Assembly: GCF_009914755.1 (NCBI RefSeq)
Contig: NC_060927.1
Reading direction: 5' to 3' (one strand)
Source of the DNA: the human T2T-CHM13v2.0 reference genome, Homo sapiens
Length of the DNA stretch: 64,000 nt
In this document: positions 14,605 through 29,534 of the stretch, in pieces
Layout: every line of letters starts with the position of its first letter
Position numbering within the stretch: the first letter of the stretch is position 1
Notes under the pieces: model-generated
Told to the model about the DNA's origin: nothing
The model's input: only the letters and a program-made list of their open reading frames with translations
The model's database searches: none
Position numbers and translations under genes: made by a program

Positions 14605-15720
14605 CATTAGGAATACAGCAGAAAGGATAGAGACAAGAGATACAAATGACAGGACTGGGTGATGGATTCGGTTTGGGGTGAGGAAAAAGGAAGATTTTGG
14701 GGGAATTCCCAGGTTTCTGTCCTGAGTGGATGGTGATATCATTGTTTCAGATAAGGGACCTACAGGGGGTGGTGGTGAAATCAGGCTTTGGACCTCTTGA
14801 ATCTGGGTTTTCTGGGAGACATCCAGATGGAAATTTATAGCAAGTCACTGGGTCCACAAAGCCACACCTGAGGAGTGAGTGAGGCCAGAGCCTCCTGAAG
14901 AGATAGGCTGGGAAATCAGCAGGAAAAAGCCTTCCAGTATTGGGATTGGCGCGTGACAAAAACTGCCCGAGATGATGCCTCAGCAGAGTGTGTACACTAG
15001 AATGAGGACTAGAAACCCCAGAAAAAACAAAATTCCACAAAGCTCATTGAGGTGATTCAGTGGTGTCCTCTACATGTTTTCTCAGGTCTCAGGTCAGAAT
15101 GAAACACGTTTAAACTTTTTTTTTACTCCCTCCTTTACAGTAGTTTTTACTAATTTTTCTAGTCCCTTCACTATTCACTTTCAAGTAACTGAGATTTTCT
15201 GTAAATTTTGTTTTTGAGAGGGTGAGTATATGACAATGTTCTAATTTTTAAATTACATCTTGAGAAGCTTGTTTTCTAAGTAAGTTTTTCTAGTTGTTTT
15301 CTTATGTTCAGGCAATTAGAAATTTTTAAAAATAAATTAAAAAGGAGTAATACTTCTCATAGTTAAACAGGGGTGGGGAACATGGAGGAGAGACAGACCT
15401 GAGAAATGTTTGCAGAGGGGAGAAAAATCCTGCACAGGCTATGTCCAAAGAACATTTTTAAGAGAGGGAAAGGGACGTGTTTACTGTGGTTGCTCTGGTA
15501 TTTAAATGAACTGCAGCAATTCTTCCGTCTTTCTTCCCCAGCAGTTACAGAGGCAGCCTGGGAAAGATTAGAGACAAAAATCCCAGTTTCACATATGAAG
15601 AAATCAAAAAGATTCCAATAAAATTGTCTGAAAGACCTCTGCCAACTACAAACTAGAATCCATGGGTCACTGGGGAAAATCATCCTGTAACGACACAGGA
15701 AGTAAAGAACTCCAGCTAAT

Positions 15721-15739
15721 GGTCGCCACCTAGTGGGAA
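15721..15739 (-). promoter_or_regulatory. CTCF-binding motif
   Basis: Minus strand TTCCCACTAGGTGGCGACC closely matches the CTCF core CCAC(C/T)AG(G/A)(T/G)GGCG, in unique sequence with a retained CpG. Confidence 0.7.
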
Positions 15740-17079
15740 ACGACAGGATTTTAGGACTTGGAGATGGCCTAAAATAATTATTAGGAGTTTTGTTCATTCT
15801 TTCAATAAACATTCTTTGAGAGCATCCTATGTATCAGACACATTAATAAATACTGGGAAATATTTAGTAATTGTTTGTAGTTGGGTTTATGAACTCAGAC
15901 CTCCATTTCATTTGGTGGCAAAAACTCAATCTCAGTCACTTTAGTACCTCTTTTCCCCCTGACCTGGGTAGGTCTGAGTTACAGGGTTTAGTTGTGGTGA
16001 GGAATCTGCAGAAGGAAGGGTTCATCTAGCCCTCTGCGTTATTGTCTTCAGCTGAGATTTTTTTCTTCTTTGAACATTGGCCCCCACAGGTCACTGCTGA
16101 ATCAGCTCTTGTTTCTAAGCAAAGGGTTCTTTTGAGTCTGCCTCTCTCTTAGATATTTCCAATACCTTCTCAAACATTCTGCTGTTTTTGTATGGCTGTA
16201 TACTGCCCCATCTGCTTAGACACACTGAACATCCATTTTTATGTTAGAGTCTTGATGCTTCCCTTGGCTTCATCTAGGAACTGGGTCACAGTTCTCTGAC
16301 CTCGAATTCTCGAGATCTGTTTTGGGCTTCTTTTGCCCCATTTTCTACAGGCACAAAAGAGCTTATGTTCAGATAGCCCCATGTAGCTAGATAATAGGCT
16401 GTATGCTGGATAGCAAAGGTAGATGAAGCCAATAAGGTAAGCTGAGGACAGATAGCTGAAGATGTTTTATGTTATGCTAAAGTGTTTTGTATGTATTCAT
16501 TGCAATGAGAAGGTAATTGCAATGGTTCAGGTAAGGGATAAAATGATATTAACTTGAGCATCAGAGAAGAATTATAAATTTAAAAGACAAATGGGCAGTA
16601 GAATTATCTATATTTAGAAACCCCAACCTCCCCAGCTCAAATGGCACCTCTGTGTAAATTAGTCATAAGCAGTTCCTACAGGAGAGACAATCCATGGGTA
16701 TATAGCTTGGGGAGTAGAGTGTGGTGTGGATTTTATCCCACCCTTTGGCTGAGTGCCTTGGTGCCGTGAACAATCTGCCCAACCAAATGTGGTGACCCTA
16801 AATGTAGAAATGGAGAGTGGGAGGAATGATTAAGTCAGTGTCCTTAAAAGTATGTCTGGAAATAGATTTCTATTCACCAGCTTCTTTCCCTTAGGTATTT
16901 TAGAGAATGACTATGTAGGGTGAAAAGACACAGTCTGATGAGCCATGTGAGTTTCTTACTTCATTTTTTAACCTCATTAGAATTATGATACCGTCAGCAA
17001 AGATAAAAGGTTTAAGAAAGTACCTATCCCAGATAATTCTCAAGAAAAAAATCTTAAAGTTTCTAAAAAGGTTTTATTG

Positions 17080-17390
17080 GGAAAGTCTAAAAAATTGTCA
17101 CAGCAAAGAAGAAACTAAAAAGACATAACTGGTAAATGTAATGTGATATACTGCATAGGACCCATGTACAGGGAAAGATGGTAAGTAAAAAATAAAGAAC
17201 TCTGAAAAAACAATGGACTCTTAGTTAATAATAATGTATCAATATTGGTTCATCAATTGTAACAAGTGTACCATACTAATGTAAGCTGTTAATAACAGAA
17301 GAAACTGGGTGGTGGGGATATGAAAACTATCTGTACGATTATCTCAGTTCTTCTGTAAATATACAATTTTGAAAGAATTGTCTATCTTAA
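17080..17390 (+). mobile_element. L1MC/MD-type 3' end
   Basis: ttagttaataataatgtatcaatattggttcatcaattgtaacaagtgtaccatactaatgtaag. Confidence 0.75.
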
Positions 17391-17792
17391 AAAAAGAAAT
17401 AGAGGGAAGATAAATAAATATGGAAAAAAGAAAAAATTTCCTTGGTTTAGAATAACCAGATTTTACCTTGAACATTAAACAGATGAATTCACTCTAGTAG
17501 GCATTATGGGGCATATTAGGCGTGCAGCCTCACTGGGGAGATGTGCCATACACATGTGCACGAATGGATCACAAACGAGTAGTGTACATTAAATACCAAA
17601 TGAGTGCAGCACAGCAGAGAATCTTGGAATTTACAAGACCAGGAAGTATCGTTGGTGGAAAGAAGAAGGATTGATTAGTGGAAGGGGAAGAGCTCAGCAA
17701 TGTTCTGAGTTTTGTAAATATTTTCTCACATTCTGTGACTTGCTTTTCCATATTTTGCACAATTACCTTCTCTCTTAAACCTATGAAAAGGT

Positions 17793-18144
<352 letters not shown>

Positions 18145-19004
18145 TCATCTTTTTTTCTCTTTAAAAAAACTTGTGCTCATTAGTGTGTGTGTGTATTTAG
18201 TTCTATAACATTATAATACATGTGGAGATTCAGGTAGCCTCAGGTATCCCCCACCAGAGTCAAGATACAGAGCACTTTCATCACCACTAGGATTCCTAGT
18301 ATTGCGCTTTTATAACCACCTACATTTGACTCCCTCTGTCTGACACCTAACACATGAAAACCACTTAAAATTTGTCATTTAAAAATGGCATATAGATAGA
18401 ATTATATAATATGTAGTCTTTTGAGATGAACTCAGCATAATTATCTAAACATTATCTAACTACAGTTCCTTCCCTTTTATTGATGAGTAGTATTCTGTGA
18501 TATATGTACCACAGTTCGTTTAACCATTCACCCATTGAAGGACACCTGGGTTGCTTCCAGTTTTTGGCTGTTAGGAATATAGCTGCTGTGAACATTCATA
18601 CAAATATTGTACAGGTTTTTGTATGAACATAAGTTTTTATTTCTCTGGAATAAATGCCCTAGAGTGCAATTTCTGTAATTATATGTTTAGTTTTATAAGA
18701 AACAGCCAAATTACCTTTCAGAATGGTTGCACCATTTTATATTCCCACCCGCAATGCATGAGTGATAACGGTTTCTCTGCATTCTTGCTGCATTTAGTGT
18801 TGTCACTATGTTGTATTTTAGCCATTCTCATAGACGTGTAGTGATATTGCACTGTGGTTTGTGGTTTTAATGTTTAGTTTCCTGATGGCTAATGATGTTG
18901 AACATCTTTTCATGTTTGTATTTGTCATCTGTATATTGTCTTTAGTAAATGTCTGATCATGTCATTTGTTCATTTCTAATTGGATTAGTGGTTTACCATT
19001 GAGT

Positions 19005-19131
19005 TATATATATATATATACACACATACACATATATGTATATATATGTATTATATATACACACACATATATATGTATATATATGTATATATATACACAC
19101 ACATATACATATATACACACACACACATATA
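19005..19131. repeat. Compound (TA)n/(CA)n/(TATG)n microsatellite
   Basis: Directly visible. Confidence 0.95.
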
Positions 19132-20062
19132 TGAGATACTAGCCCTTTCTAGCCTATATGATTTGCAGATGCTTTTTTCTTGCGTTGTAGATTGTCTTTT
19201 CATTCTCTTCACATAGTTTTTTTCCAGAGCAAAAATTTTAAATTTTCTTGAAGTCCAACTTACGGATTTTTCCTTTTGGGATTCATTCCTTTGTTGTCAA
19301 GTTTAAGAACTCTTTGCTAGTGCTAGATCCCAAAGATTTTCTTCTGTTTATTTTGTAAAACATAGTTTCTATTATATTAACGTACGTAATATATTTTTAA
19401 ATTATAGTTTTATGTTTTACATTTAAATCGATGCACCATTGTGAGTTAGTTTTTATATGAGCTGTGAGACTGTTTGAGATTGACTTTTTCCCCTATGGAT
19501 GTTCAGTTGCTCAAGCACTATTTGGTGAAAAGGCTATGCTTTCAAGATTTAATTGCTTCTGCCCCTTTGTCAAAAATCAGTTAGTTAATCATATATGTAT
19601 GGGTACATTTCTGGATTCTCATATAGCATTTTATTGATCTATGTGTCTTTTCCTCCACCAATATTGCATTGTATTGAGTACTATAGTTATATGGTATACC
19701 TTAATATTTGATAGTATGATTCTTCTTATTTTATTCTTTGTCAAGATTGTGTTATCAATTCTAAGGTTGTGCCTTTTCATATAAATTTTAAAATAAGCTT
19801 TTATCAGTCTTTTATAAGCTTTTAGTGTAGAGACCGAATGGTCCTACCTGGACTACCTTCTGTAAATGTGCTAGGATTTTGACAGAAATTTCATTAAATC
19901 TATAGACAAATTTGAGAAGGGACTTCTATACTATACTGTATTGAATCGTCAAAGTCATGAAAACAGTGTTCTTCTATTTATTTAATTCTTTGATTTCTTT
20001 CATCAGTATTTTGTAATTTTTTAGTATATAGACTATGTGCATGTTTTAAGTACATATCTATA

Positions 20063-20458
20063 CATATTAGGCTGTTTTTGCATTGCTGTAAAGAAATACC
20101 TGAGACTAGATAATTTGTAGACAAATGAGGTTTAATTGGCTCATGGTGCTGCAGGCTGTACGGGAAACATGGCTTCTGGTGAGGCCTCAGGAAGCTTTTA
20201 CTAATGGAAGAAGACAAAGTGGGAACTCACATATCACATGTGGAAAACCAGAGCATGGTGGGGTAGGGGAGGTGCCACACTCTTAAATAACCAGATTTCC
20301 TGTGAACTCAGAGTGAGTTCACAAAGGCAGTGACCCAAGCTATTCATGAGGGATTCAACCCGATGATTCAAATACCCTCCACCAGGTCCCACCTCCAACA
20401 CTGGGGATTACATTTCAACATAAGACTTGGGTGGGGGTAAATTATCCAAACTGTATTA
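20063..20458 (-). mobile_element. MST (MSTB-like) solo LTR
   Basis: tattaggctg...gcattgctgtaaagaaatacctgagact...atccaaactgtat. Confidence 0.85.
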
Positions 20459-21311
20459 ATATTTCTAAGTATTACATTTTTTGGAGCAATAATAAATGGC
20501 ATTGTGGTTTTAATTTTGGTTTTAACATGTTTATTGTTAGAAAAGTAATTGATATTTTTGTGTTTATCTTTCATTCTATGACCTTGCTGAACTCATTTAT
20601 TAGTTCCAGACAGTCATGTAGATGATCATGTCATCTGCAAATTGAGGCAGTTTAATCTCTTCTTTTCCAATCTGTATGTCTTTTATTTCTTGTTGACTTA
20701 TTTCAGTGATTCGAACTTCCAGTAATGTTGAAATAGAGTGGTAAGAGTGAACATCCTAGCCTTCTCTACAAGCAGTCTCATCAAGTAAGATGTTAGCTGT
20801 GGACTATTTGTAGATGCTCTCAATGAAGTTGAATTAATTCTCCTTTGTCCCTAACTGCATGAGAGTTTTTCAAACTCAAATGCCTTCTCTAAATCAATTA
20901 ATAAGACTATATATGTTTTTCTTTATACTGTTGATATGATCAGTTGCATTGATTGATTTTCAAACACAGAAGTAAACTTGAGTACCTGGAATCAATTTAA
21001 TTTCGTCATGGTGAGTAATTCTTTTTATATGTTGTTTTATTCGATTTGCTAATAGGTAGGTAAGGACTTTTTCATCTAAGTTTATAACAAATTTTGGCCT
21101 GTAGTTTTCTTTTTTGTACTTTTTCTGGTTTGAGTATTAAGGTAATATGGGCTTCATAATATAGGCTGTTCCCATAATATGGGAAGTGTTCTCTCTTTTC
21201 TTGTTTTTTGAAAGAGGTTATGTAAAATTAGCAATAATTCTTTTTGAAATGTTTGATAGAATTCTCTAGTGAAACCATGTGGGGGCCTGGAGATTTCTTT
21301 CTTTGTGAACC

Positions 21312-21616
<305 letters not shown>

Positions 21617-23271
21617 TCTTTGTGAACCTTTTAATTACTAATTCATTTCTTTAGTTATAGTACAAATCAAACTATTTCATCTTGGTTGAAGTTTGGCAGC
21701 TAGTAACTTTTGAGAAATTGGTCCATTTCTTCTAAATTTTAAAATTTATCAGTGTAAAGTTGTGTGTAGTTTTCCCTTATTGTGTTTTTTAATGGCTTCA
21801 GGACCTGTAGTGATATATCTTGTTTCATGCCTCATAGTAGTGATTTGTGTTTTCTCTTTTCATTATTGCTAGTCTCGCTAGAGTTTTATCAATTTTATTG
21901 GCTTGTGCTTTACTGAATTTTTTTTCTATTGGTTTTCTATTGCCAATTTTCTTGATTTCTGATCATATCTTTAATATTCCCATCATTTTATCTTTGGGTT
22001 TAGTTTGCTTTTGTTTTTCTAATTTCTTTTTTTAATTTTTAATTTTTGTGAGTTTATAGTAGGTGTATAATCTTATGAGGTACATGAGATGTTTTGATAC
22101 AGACATGCAATTCCTAATAATCACATCATGAAGAATAGGGTATCCATCTCCTCAAGCATTTATCTTTTGGATTACAAACAATCTAATTATACTATTTAGT
22201 TATTTTAAACTATATAATTAAATTATTATTGAATATAGTCACCTTGTTGTGCTATCAAATAGTAGGTCTTATTCTTTTTAACTATTTTTTTTAAACCATG
22301 TTTTTCTAATTTCTTGAAGTAGAGACTTAGATTAATGATTTGAGACCTTTCCCTATTTCCAGTGTAAATATTTGGGGGAATAAATTTTTCTTTCAACCCT
22401 GCATTAACTACATTCTACATATTTTGGTATGTTACATTTTAATTCAATTCTCTCTCTCTCTCTCTTTTTCTCTTTTAGCAGGCAGTCACACTGCTTAGGT
22501 TCAGTGTGAAGTTTGTGGCCTACTTTTGTGGTCTGTATTTCCAATGAAAGTTTAATTTTTAGAGCCTTTGTGATGTTATTTTGTTCTTGGTTTGCCTGGG
22601 GTTGCCACTGGTCTCTGCTGGTGCTGATGGGGTGTAAAAGTTTTCTCATGCTGGGAAGCCTGATGTCTCTTGGTGCAGAAGGGGAGTCTCAGGTCTTTGA
22701 GGACAAAGAGGATTTGTTGTGACAGAGGTCTTATTGCTGATGCCACTGCCACTCTGGTATATCTAGTTGCAGGAGGGAAGTCTTGGGTTTGTAAGGGACA
22801 GAGAGTGCTTCCCTGGCTGATTGTTTTGAACTGGGCCCTGGGACCCATCCCTTTGCCAGTGGTGCCATGCTTATCTAGTGTCCTCAGAGGACTACTCTTT
22901 TATTGTAGAGATAGAATGGTCCTACCTGGACTACCTTCTGTCGCTAGGTTGAGGTTTGGGAAACACCAGGTCTGGGTTGCCTTCTTCTGTGGGGTGAAGG
23001 GAGGTAACATGCCTTTCCCTTGTGTCATTATTCTGGTCCTAGGATCTCACACTAGTTCCTCTTTTGACCTTTTAGATTTTTTCTTTGGTGATCTCTTGTC
23101 TCTTGTGGTATTGCAAGGATTATGATTATATTTAGCAGAGGGGAGCAGAGAGAAAGAAGTCTATGCCATTTCGTCTGGATAAGAATTTTTCTTGTATTTT
23201 TTATAAAGCAAAAGTTTTAAATTTTTATTAAGTTTAAAATATCAATTTTTTTTGTCTTTTTCGTTTGTGTT

Positions 23272-25707
23272 TATATTAGTTCATTCTTACACTACTACAA
23301 ATAAGTACCTGAGACTGGGGTAATTTATAAAGAAAAGAGGTTAATTGGCTCATGGTTCTGCAAGCTCTACAGGAAGCATGGTAGCTTCTGCTTCTGGGGA
23401 CGCCTCAGGAAATTTACAATCATGGTGGAAGGTGAAGGACAAGCAGGCTCATATTACATGGTGGGAGCAAGAGGAAGACAGAGCAGGGAGGTGCCACACA
23501 CTTTTAAACAACCAAATCTCGTGAGAACTCTATCACAAGAACAGCACCAAACGGATGGTGCTAACCCATTCATGAAAGATCCACTCTCATGATCCAGTCA
23601 CCTCCCACTAAGCCCCAGCTCTAGCACTGGAGATTACACGTGGACATGAGGTTTGGGTGGGGACAGAGATCCAAACCATATTCTACCCTGGCCTTTCCCA
23701 AATCTCATGGCCTTCTCACATTTCAAAATACAATCCTGCCTTCCCAACAATCCCACAAAGTCTTAACTCATTCCATCATTAACTCGAAAGTCTGTGGTCC
23801 AAATTCTCATGTGAGACAGGACTAGTTCCTTCTGCCTATGAGCCTGTAAAATCAAAAACAAGTTAGCTACTTCCAAGGCACAATGGAGGTATAGGCATTG
23901 GGTAAATGCTGCCATTCCAAAAGGGAGAAATTGGCCAAAAGGGAGAGGCTACAGTCTCCGTGCAAGTCCAAAACTCAGAAGAGCAGTCATTAAATCTTAA
24001 GGCTCCAAAATAATCTCCTTTGACTCCATGTCTCACATCTAGGGCATACTGGTGCAAGGGGTGAACCCTGAAAGCCTTGAACAGCTCCTCCCCTGTGGCT
24101 TGACAGTGTTCAGCCCCCATGGCTGCTCTCACAGACTAGTGTTGAGTGTCTGTAGGTTTTCCAGACACATGGTGCAAGCTGTTAGTGGATCTACAATCCT
24201 GAGGTCTGGAGGACAGTGGCTGTCTTCTCACAGCTCCAGCAGGCAGTGCCCCAGTGGGGACCCTGTATGAGGGCTCCAACCCCACATTTCCCCTCTGCAC
24301 TGCTTTAGTATATGTCCTCCATGAGGGCTCTGTCCCTGCAGCAGCTTCTGTCTGGATATCCAAGATTTTCCATACATCCTATGAAATATAGGCAGAGGTG
24401 CCCCAGCTTCAACTCTTGCACTCTATGCACCCACGGGCTTAACACCATGTGGAAGCCACCAAGGCTTATAGATTGCCCCCTCTGAAAAAGCAGCCCATAC
24501 TATACCTGGTCCCCTTTTAACCACGGATGGAGCTGGAGCACCTGGGATGCAGGGAGCAGTGTCTCAAGGCTTCTCAGGGCGGTAGGGCCCTGGGCCTGGC
24601 CCACAAAACCATTTTTCCTTCCTAGGGCTCCAGGCCTGTGGTGGGAGGGGCTGCTGCAGCGGTTTTTGAAATGCCATCAAGGGCTTTTTCCCATTGTCTT
24701 GGCTATCGGCATTTGCCTTCCTTTTAATGATGCAAATTTCTGCAGGCTTCTTGAATTTTTGAAAATGTATTTTTCTACTACATGGCCAGGCTACAAATTT
24801 TCCAAACGTTTACACTCTGCTTCCCTTTTAAATATAAGTTCCAGTTTCAGATTATTTCTTTGCAGGTTAATGAGCATAGGTCGTTAGAAACAGCCAGGCC
24901 ACATGTTGAACACTTTACTGCTTAGAAATTTCTTCTGCCAGATACCATAAATCATCACTCTCAAATTCAAAGTTCCACAGTTCCCTAGGCCCCGGGCACA
25001 ATGCAGCCAACCTCTTTGCTAACACATAACAAAAGTGACCTTTGCTCCAGTTCCCAATAAGTTCCTCATCTCCATCTGAGACTTCTTCAGCCTGGACTTC
25101 AGTGTCTATATCGCTATAGCATTTTGGTCATAACAATTTGACAAGTCTCTAGGAAGTTCCAAACTTTCCTTCATCTTCCTGTCTTCTTCTGAGCCCTCCA
25201 AACTGTTCCAACCTCTCTTGTTACTCAGTTCCAAAGCTGCTTCCACATTTTCAGATATCTTTATAGCAATGCCCCACTCCATGGTACCATTTTCTGTATT
25301 AGTCCATTCTGTCACTGCTACATAGAAATACCGGAGACTGGGTAATCTATGAAGAAAAGAGATTTGATTGGCTCATGGTTCTGCAAGCTGTACAGGAAGC
25401 ATTGTGGCTTCTGCTTCTAGGGAGGCCTTAGGAAACTTACAATTATGGTAGAAGGTGAAGGGCAAGTAGGCTTGTCTTACATGATGGGAGCAGGAGGAGG
25501 ATAGAGAGGAGGAGGTGCCACACTCTTTTAAACAACCAGATCTCATGAGAACTCTATCACAACAACAGCACTAAAGAGATGGTGCTAAACCATTCATGAA
25601 GAATCCACCCCCATGATCCAATCACCTCCCACCTGGCCCCAGGTCCAGCACTGGGAATTACATTTCAACATGAGATTTGGATGGGAACACAAATCCAAAC
25701 CATATCA
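23272..25707 (-). mobile_element. Full-length MSTA-type provirus: LTRs ~23272-23682 and 25295-25707 with MST-int between
   Basis: Reverse-complement LTR ends ...ccaaaccatatca. The 5-bp TSD is gtgtt (23267-23271) / gtgct (25708-25712). Confidence 0.92.
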
Positions 25708-27621
25708 GTGCTTTTGGTGTCTTAAGTAAAAAATATTTTCCTAAACTAATGCTACAAATATTTTCTCTCACATTTTCATCTAGAAGTTTGATAGATTTCT
25801 TTCTTAGGTTTAGGTTTATGATACCTGTTTCAGAATAATTTTTGTATATGCTGTGAAGTAATAATCAATGTTTCTTTTTTACACATAAATTTCTAGTTGT
25901 TCAGCACCATTTGTTGAAAATGTTATCCTTCCCCTTTTGAATTGCCTATGTATCTCTGTCAACAATCAATTGTCCATATATGTGTGGTTGTATTTATGGA
26001 TTTCATCTGTTTTATTGATTTATATTTTTATTTTTATACCAGTGGAAGTTTTCTAACTTTGTTCTTCATTGTGTTTCTATATTAGTTATAGAATCAACCT
26101 ATCAATTTCAACAACAAAAAGCCTGGTAGGATTTTGTTTGAGGCTGTGTTAAGCTTGTAGGTCAATTTAGGGAGAATCCACACTAATGATATTGAGCTTT
26201 CTCAATCTATAAACATAATACATTTTCCCATGTAAGTAGGGGTTCTTTAATTTCTGTAAGAAATGTTTTGTAATTTTTAATGTACATGTTTTACACATTA
26301 TTGTTAAATTTATCCCTAGGTATTTTATCATTTTTGATGCTGTTGCATCAAGAACCTTGTATCAAAGGAAACTAGGTTAATACAGAAATCAATTATTTTA
26401 TATATATATATGTATGTAAAGAACAATTAGAAATTGAAAATATTTTAAAAATATAATTGCCTTGCCTAGAACTTCAACTACAGTGTGGAATATAAGGATA
26501 AGAGTGAATAGCCTGCCTTGTTCCTGATCTTAGGGAAAAAGTATTTAATCTTTCACAATTAAATATTATGTTAGATTAAAAAAGTTCCCTTTTCTCTTGG
26601 CTTGGTAGAAAGTTTTATCAAGAATAGGTTTTAATTTTGTAAAATGCTTTTTCTGTATCTATTGAGATGATCATATGGTTGTTGTTAGATTGTTAATATT
26701 GTGCATTCCTAAAATAGACACCAGTGGTCAAGATATAGTATCACTTTATATATTGCTTGACTCAATTTGCTAATATTTGTTAAAGATTTTTACATCTATT
26801 TTCATGAAAGTTAGTAGTATGTGACTTTTTTCTATCATGTGTTTGCTTGGTTTTAGGATTAGCACAATGCTGCTCTTCTAAAATGAATTGAAATGTATTT
26901 TCTCTTTTATTTTCTGAGAGTTTGTGTAGAACTGACATTATTTGTTCCTTAAACAGCAGGTAGAATTCAACTGTGAAGGAATCTGGGCCTGAAGGTGTCT
27001 TTTTCCAGTGGAGGGTGGGTAGGAATAGTAAGGCAGACTATTTTTAATTGTTAGCTTAATATTTCTGTTATACACCCTGTAGCAACTGTTGATGTTAACA
27101 TTTTCAGGCCCACTACATCCTTTCAGATTGAGATATTCACAGAATACAGTTTTTGCAGATTTTAAATAATTCACTTTGGTCAGCTTTTTTGTTTTCTTTG
27201 TAATGCCTTATATATATGGTCTTCCATATACTACTATCTATGCTCAATTTTTTATTTAAATGAGTCCAGTTTTCCTGCAGCTGTAAAACCATTAAGGTCC
27301 AACAAGAAGTTCCCTTAGACAGTTGACTTTTCTGTCTATGACAATGTAGCTAACTAGGTTTCATCACCTTTCCCAGTGGGCAATTGAAGTATTTTATGAC
27401 AATCTCATGGTAAGAGCTTATAAAACTCATCTTTCTTGGAAAATAAATTTAATTTATTGGTCAATTGAATATAGCCCTAATTTTCTTCTCACTGATTTTT
27501 CACTGTTGACCCCTTGGAACTTTGGACTTCTCTCACCATTTTGATTCTTTTGCCCTTTTACTTTAAATTAAAAATTGGGATAGACTCTTTCAAGGTTTGG
27601 TCACATTGTGTATGAATATAC

Positions 27622-27632
27622 TTTATTTATTT

Positions 27633-27663
<31 letters not shown>

Positions 27664-27945
27664 TTTGGAGACGGAGTCTTGCTCTGTCGCCCAGGCTGGA
27701 GTGCAGTGGCACAATCTGGGCTTACTGCAAGCTCTGCCTCCTGGGTTCACCCACCATTCTTCTGCCTCAGCCTCCTGAGTAGCTGGGACTACAGACACCA
27801 CCACGCCCGGCTAATTTTTGTATTTTTAGTAGAGACGGGGTTTCACCATGTTAGCCAGGATGGTCTCGATCTCCTGACCTCCTGATCCGCCTGCCTCGGC
27901 CTCCCAAAGTGCTGGGATTACAGGTGTGAGCCACCGTGCCCGGCC
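27622..27945 (-). mobile_element. AluY-like
   Basis: ctgcaagctc and aggatggtctcgatctcc diagnostics, (TTTA)n tail, TSD gaatatacttta. Confidence 0.9.
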
Positions 27946-28037
27946 CAGAATATACTTTAAAAAATAAATGCCTTTGAATCACAGATACTTCTCTTCACAC
28001 TAAAATTGAGATTGGCTTCTATATACACTTTTTAAAA

Positions 28038-28312
28038 CTACAATTTCTTTTCTCTTTCTTTCTCTTGTTCGCAAATACCTAAAAAGAGACTGCAAACAGA
28101 GCTGAAAACTATAAGATTAATGCCAGTGACATAGAAGAGTCAAAGTAAAGCATAATTATTTGTTTTGAAGTAAAATTAGACCAAATGAAACAAAAAAATG
28201 TAAGACCTTAAACATTCCTGGTAGTTCATATTAGAATCCTTACATTAAAACTATCTGCCAACTTGTAATCCTTTACTTAAGTCTATTTTCCTCAGCTACC
28301 AGCCTTCGAGAC
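28038..28312 (-). pseudogene. LRR relic: 69-nt exon 28312-28244 and putative last exon 28078-28038
   Basis: The first has tttttttctag|...|gtaagg and is exactly 69 nt (23 codons). The second has tctctttttag|GT ATT TGC GAA...TTG TAG (ICEQEKEREKKL*). Phase 1 is compatible throughout. Confidence 0.6.
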
Positions 28313-29534
28313 CTAGAAAAAAAGCAGTTTGTTATTGAAGTATATTATTTTTAAATTTTGTTTTATTACAAGTGTTGCAAACAGCATTTCTTTCCTCTAA
28401 TATTAATTATCAATCTGCAGTTTATGGCTTTCATTATAGACTAAATAAATACTATAGACTGACCTAGGAAATTAATTTCTAATGTAGCATTTTTTTCTAT
28501 AAGAATTTGCACTTGAAATAATAATCTCTGTTCTTCATTCAAAATCAGATTTAAGTGTCTAGTCTACCTTTATTACCTCTAGTTACTTACCTTCCATTCT
28601 CTCCTCAACTCTTTGCAATCTGATTCCCATACGATTCCGACCCTAGAATTTACTCTTGTTGCAGGTACCAAGAGCGTCTATTTATCAAAGATAATGCTGT
28701 GATGTATCTTTTCTTTTGATCATATTGACCACCTATTTCTCTTAAGAGTTTTCTGTCTCTGTGATAATATTTCCTTTAATTCTCTTAGTATTCTAACCAT
28801 TTTCTATAGGTATTTTTGACTACTTTCCCACTTTCTGCCTGTTCAGGGCTGGGTTACTGATTTTCTTACCCGTGAGTATATTCTTGGCTCACATGTATTT
28901 GGACAGTCTCATGCACTTTCATAAATTCAACTGTCTAGTCTTCCAGCCCTTTTGTCTTGAGTTCTAGTCTCATATTTCCAAATCTGAAGTGTAATTCTTC
29001 TCTTATTCTTTTCCCCCTTCTTGGCTGGCAGTATCATTCAACATCAACCCAGCCTCTGTTAGTTACCCAAGTATTAGCTAGAACCATTCAGTGTTGAACT
29101 TGAAAGTGACTGCAATTAGTGTTAGGGCTGCTGAGACTTCATATAATACCTTCATTTTATTTTTTTTTTTTGCAAATTAGACAAAGTCACCCCCTTACTT
29201 CAGCTTCTGTACTTCATAAAAGAACATAAAATAACTTTCCTCATTCAATAATTTATTTATATTGAAGCATTTTATACAAATGTATAATAATTAGGAAGTA
29301 AATAACACTCCCTTAGATGTTGTGCTGTCAAGCAGTAAACAACCTATACAAGTATACACAGCAGGATATTTCATATTTCTAAGGCTAAGAAAGAAAAGAT
29401 TAAGATGGTGTTTATTATTTCTATGAGCTCTATGAAATTTAAAAGATGCGCTAAGGAATCCTAGTGATTCTTGCTGCCTTCCAATGGCTCATGAAAAAAA
29501 TGATTAGTGTTATAGATTATTGGGAAAAGCACAC

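Noticed and set aside
22670-23125. 151-aa ORF
   Set aside because: It lies inside the L1-derived block and shows no splice signals or recognisable domain.
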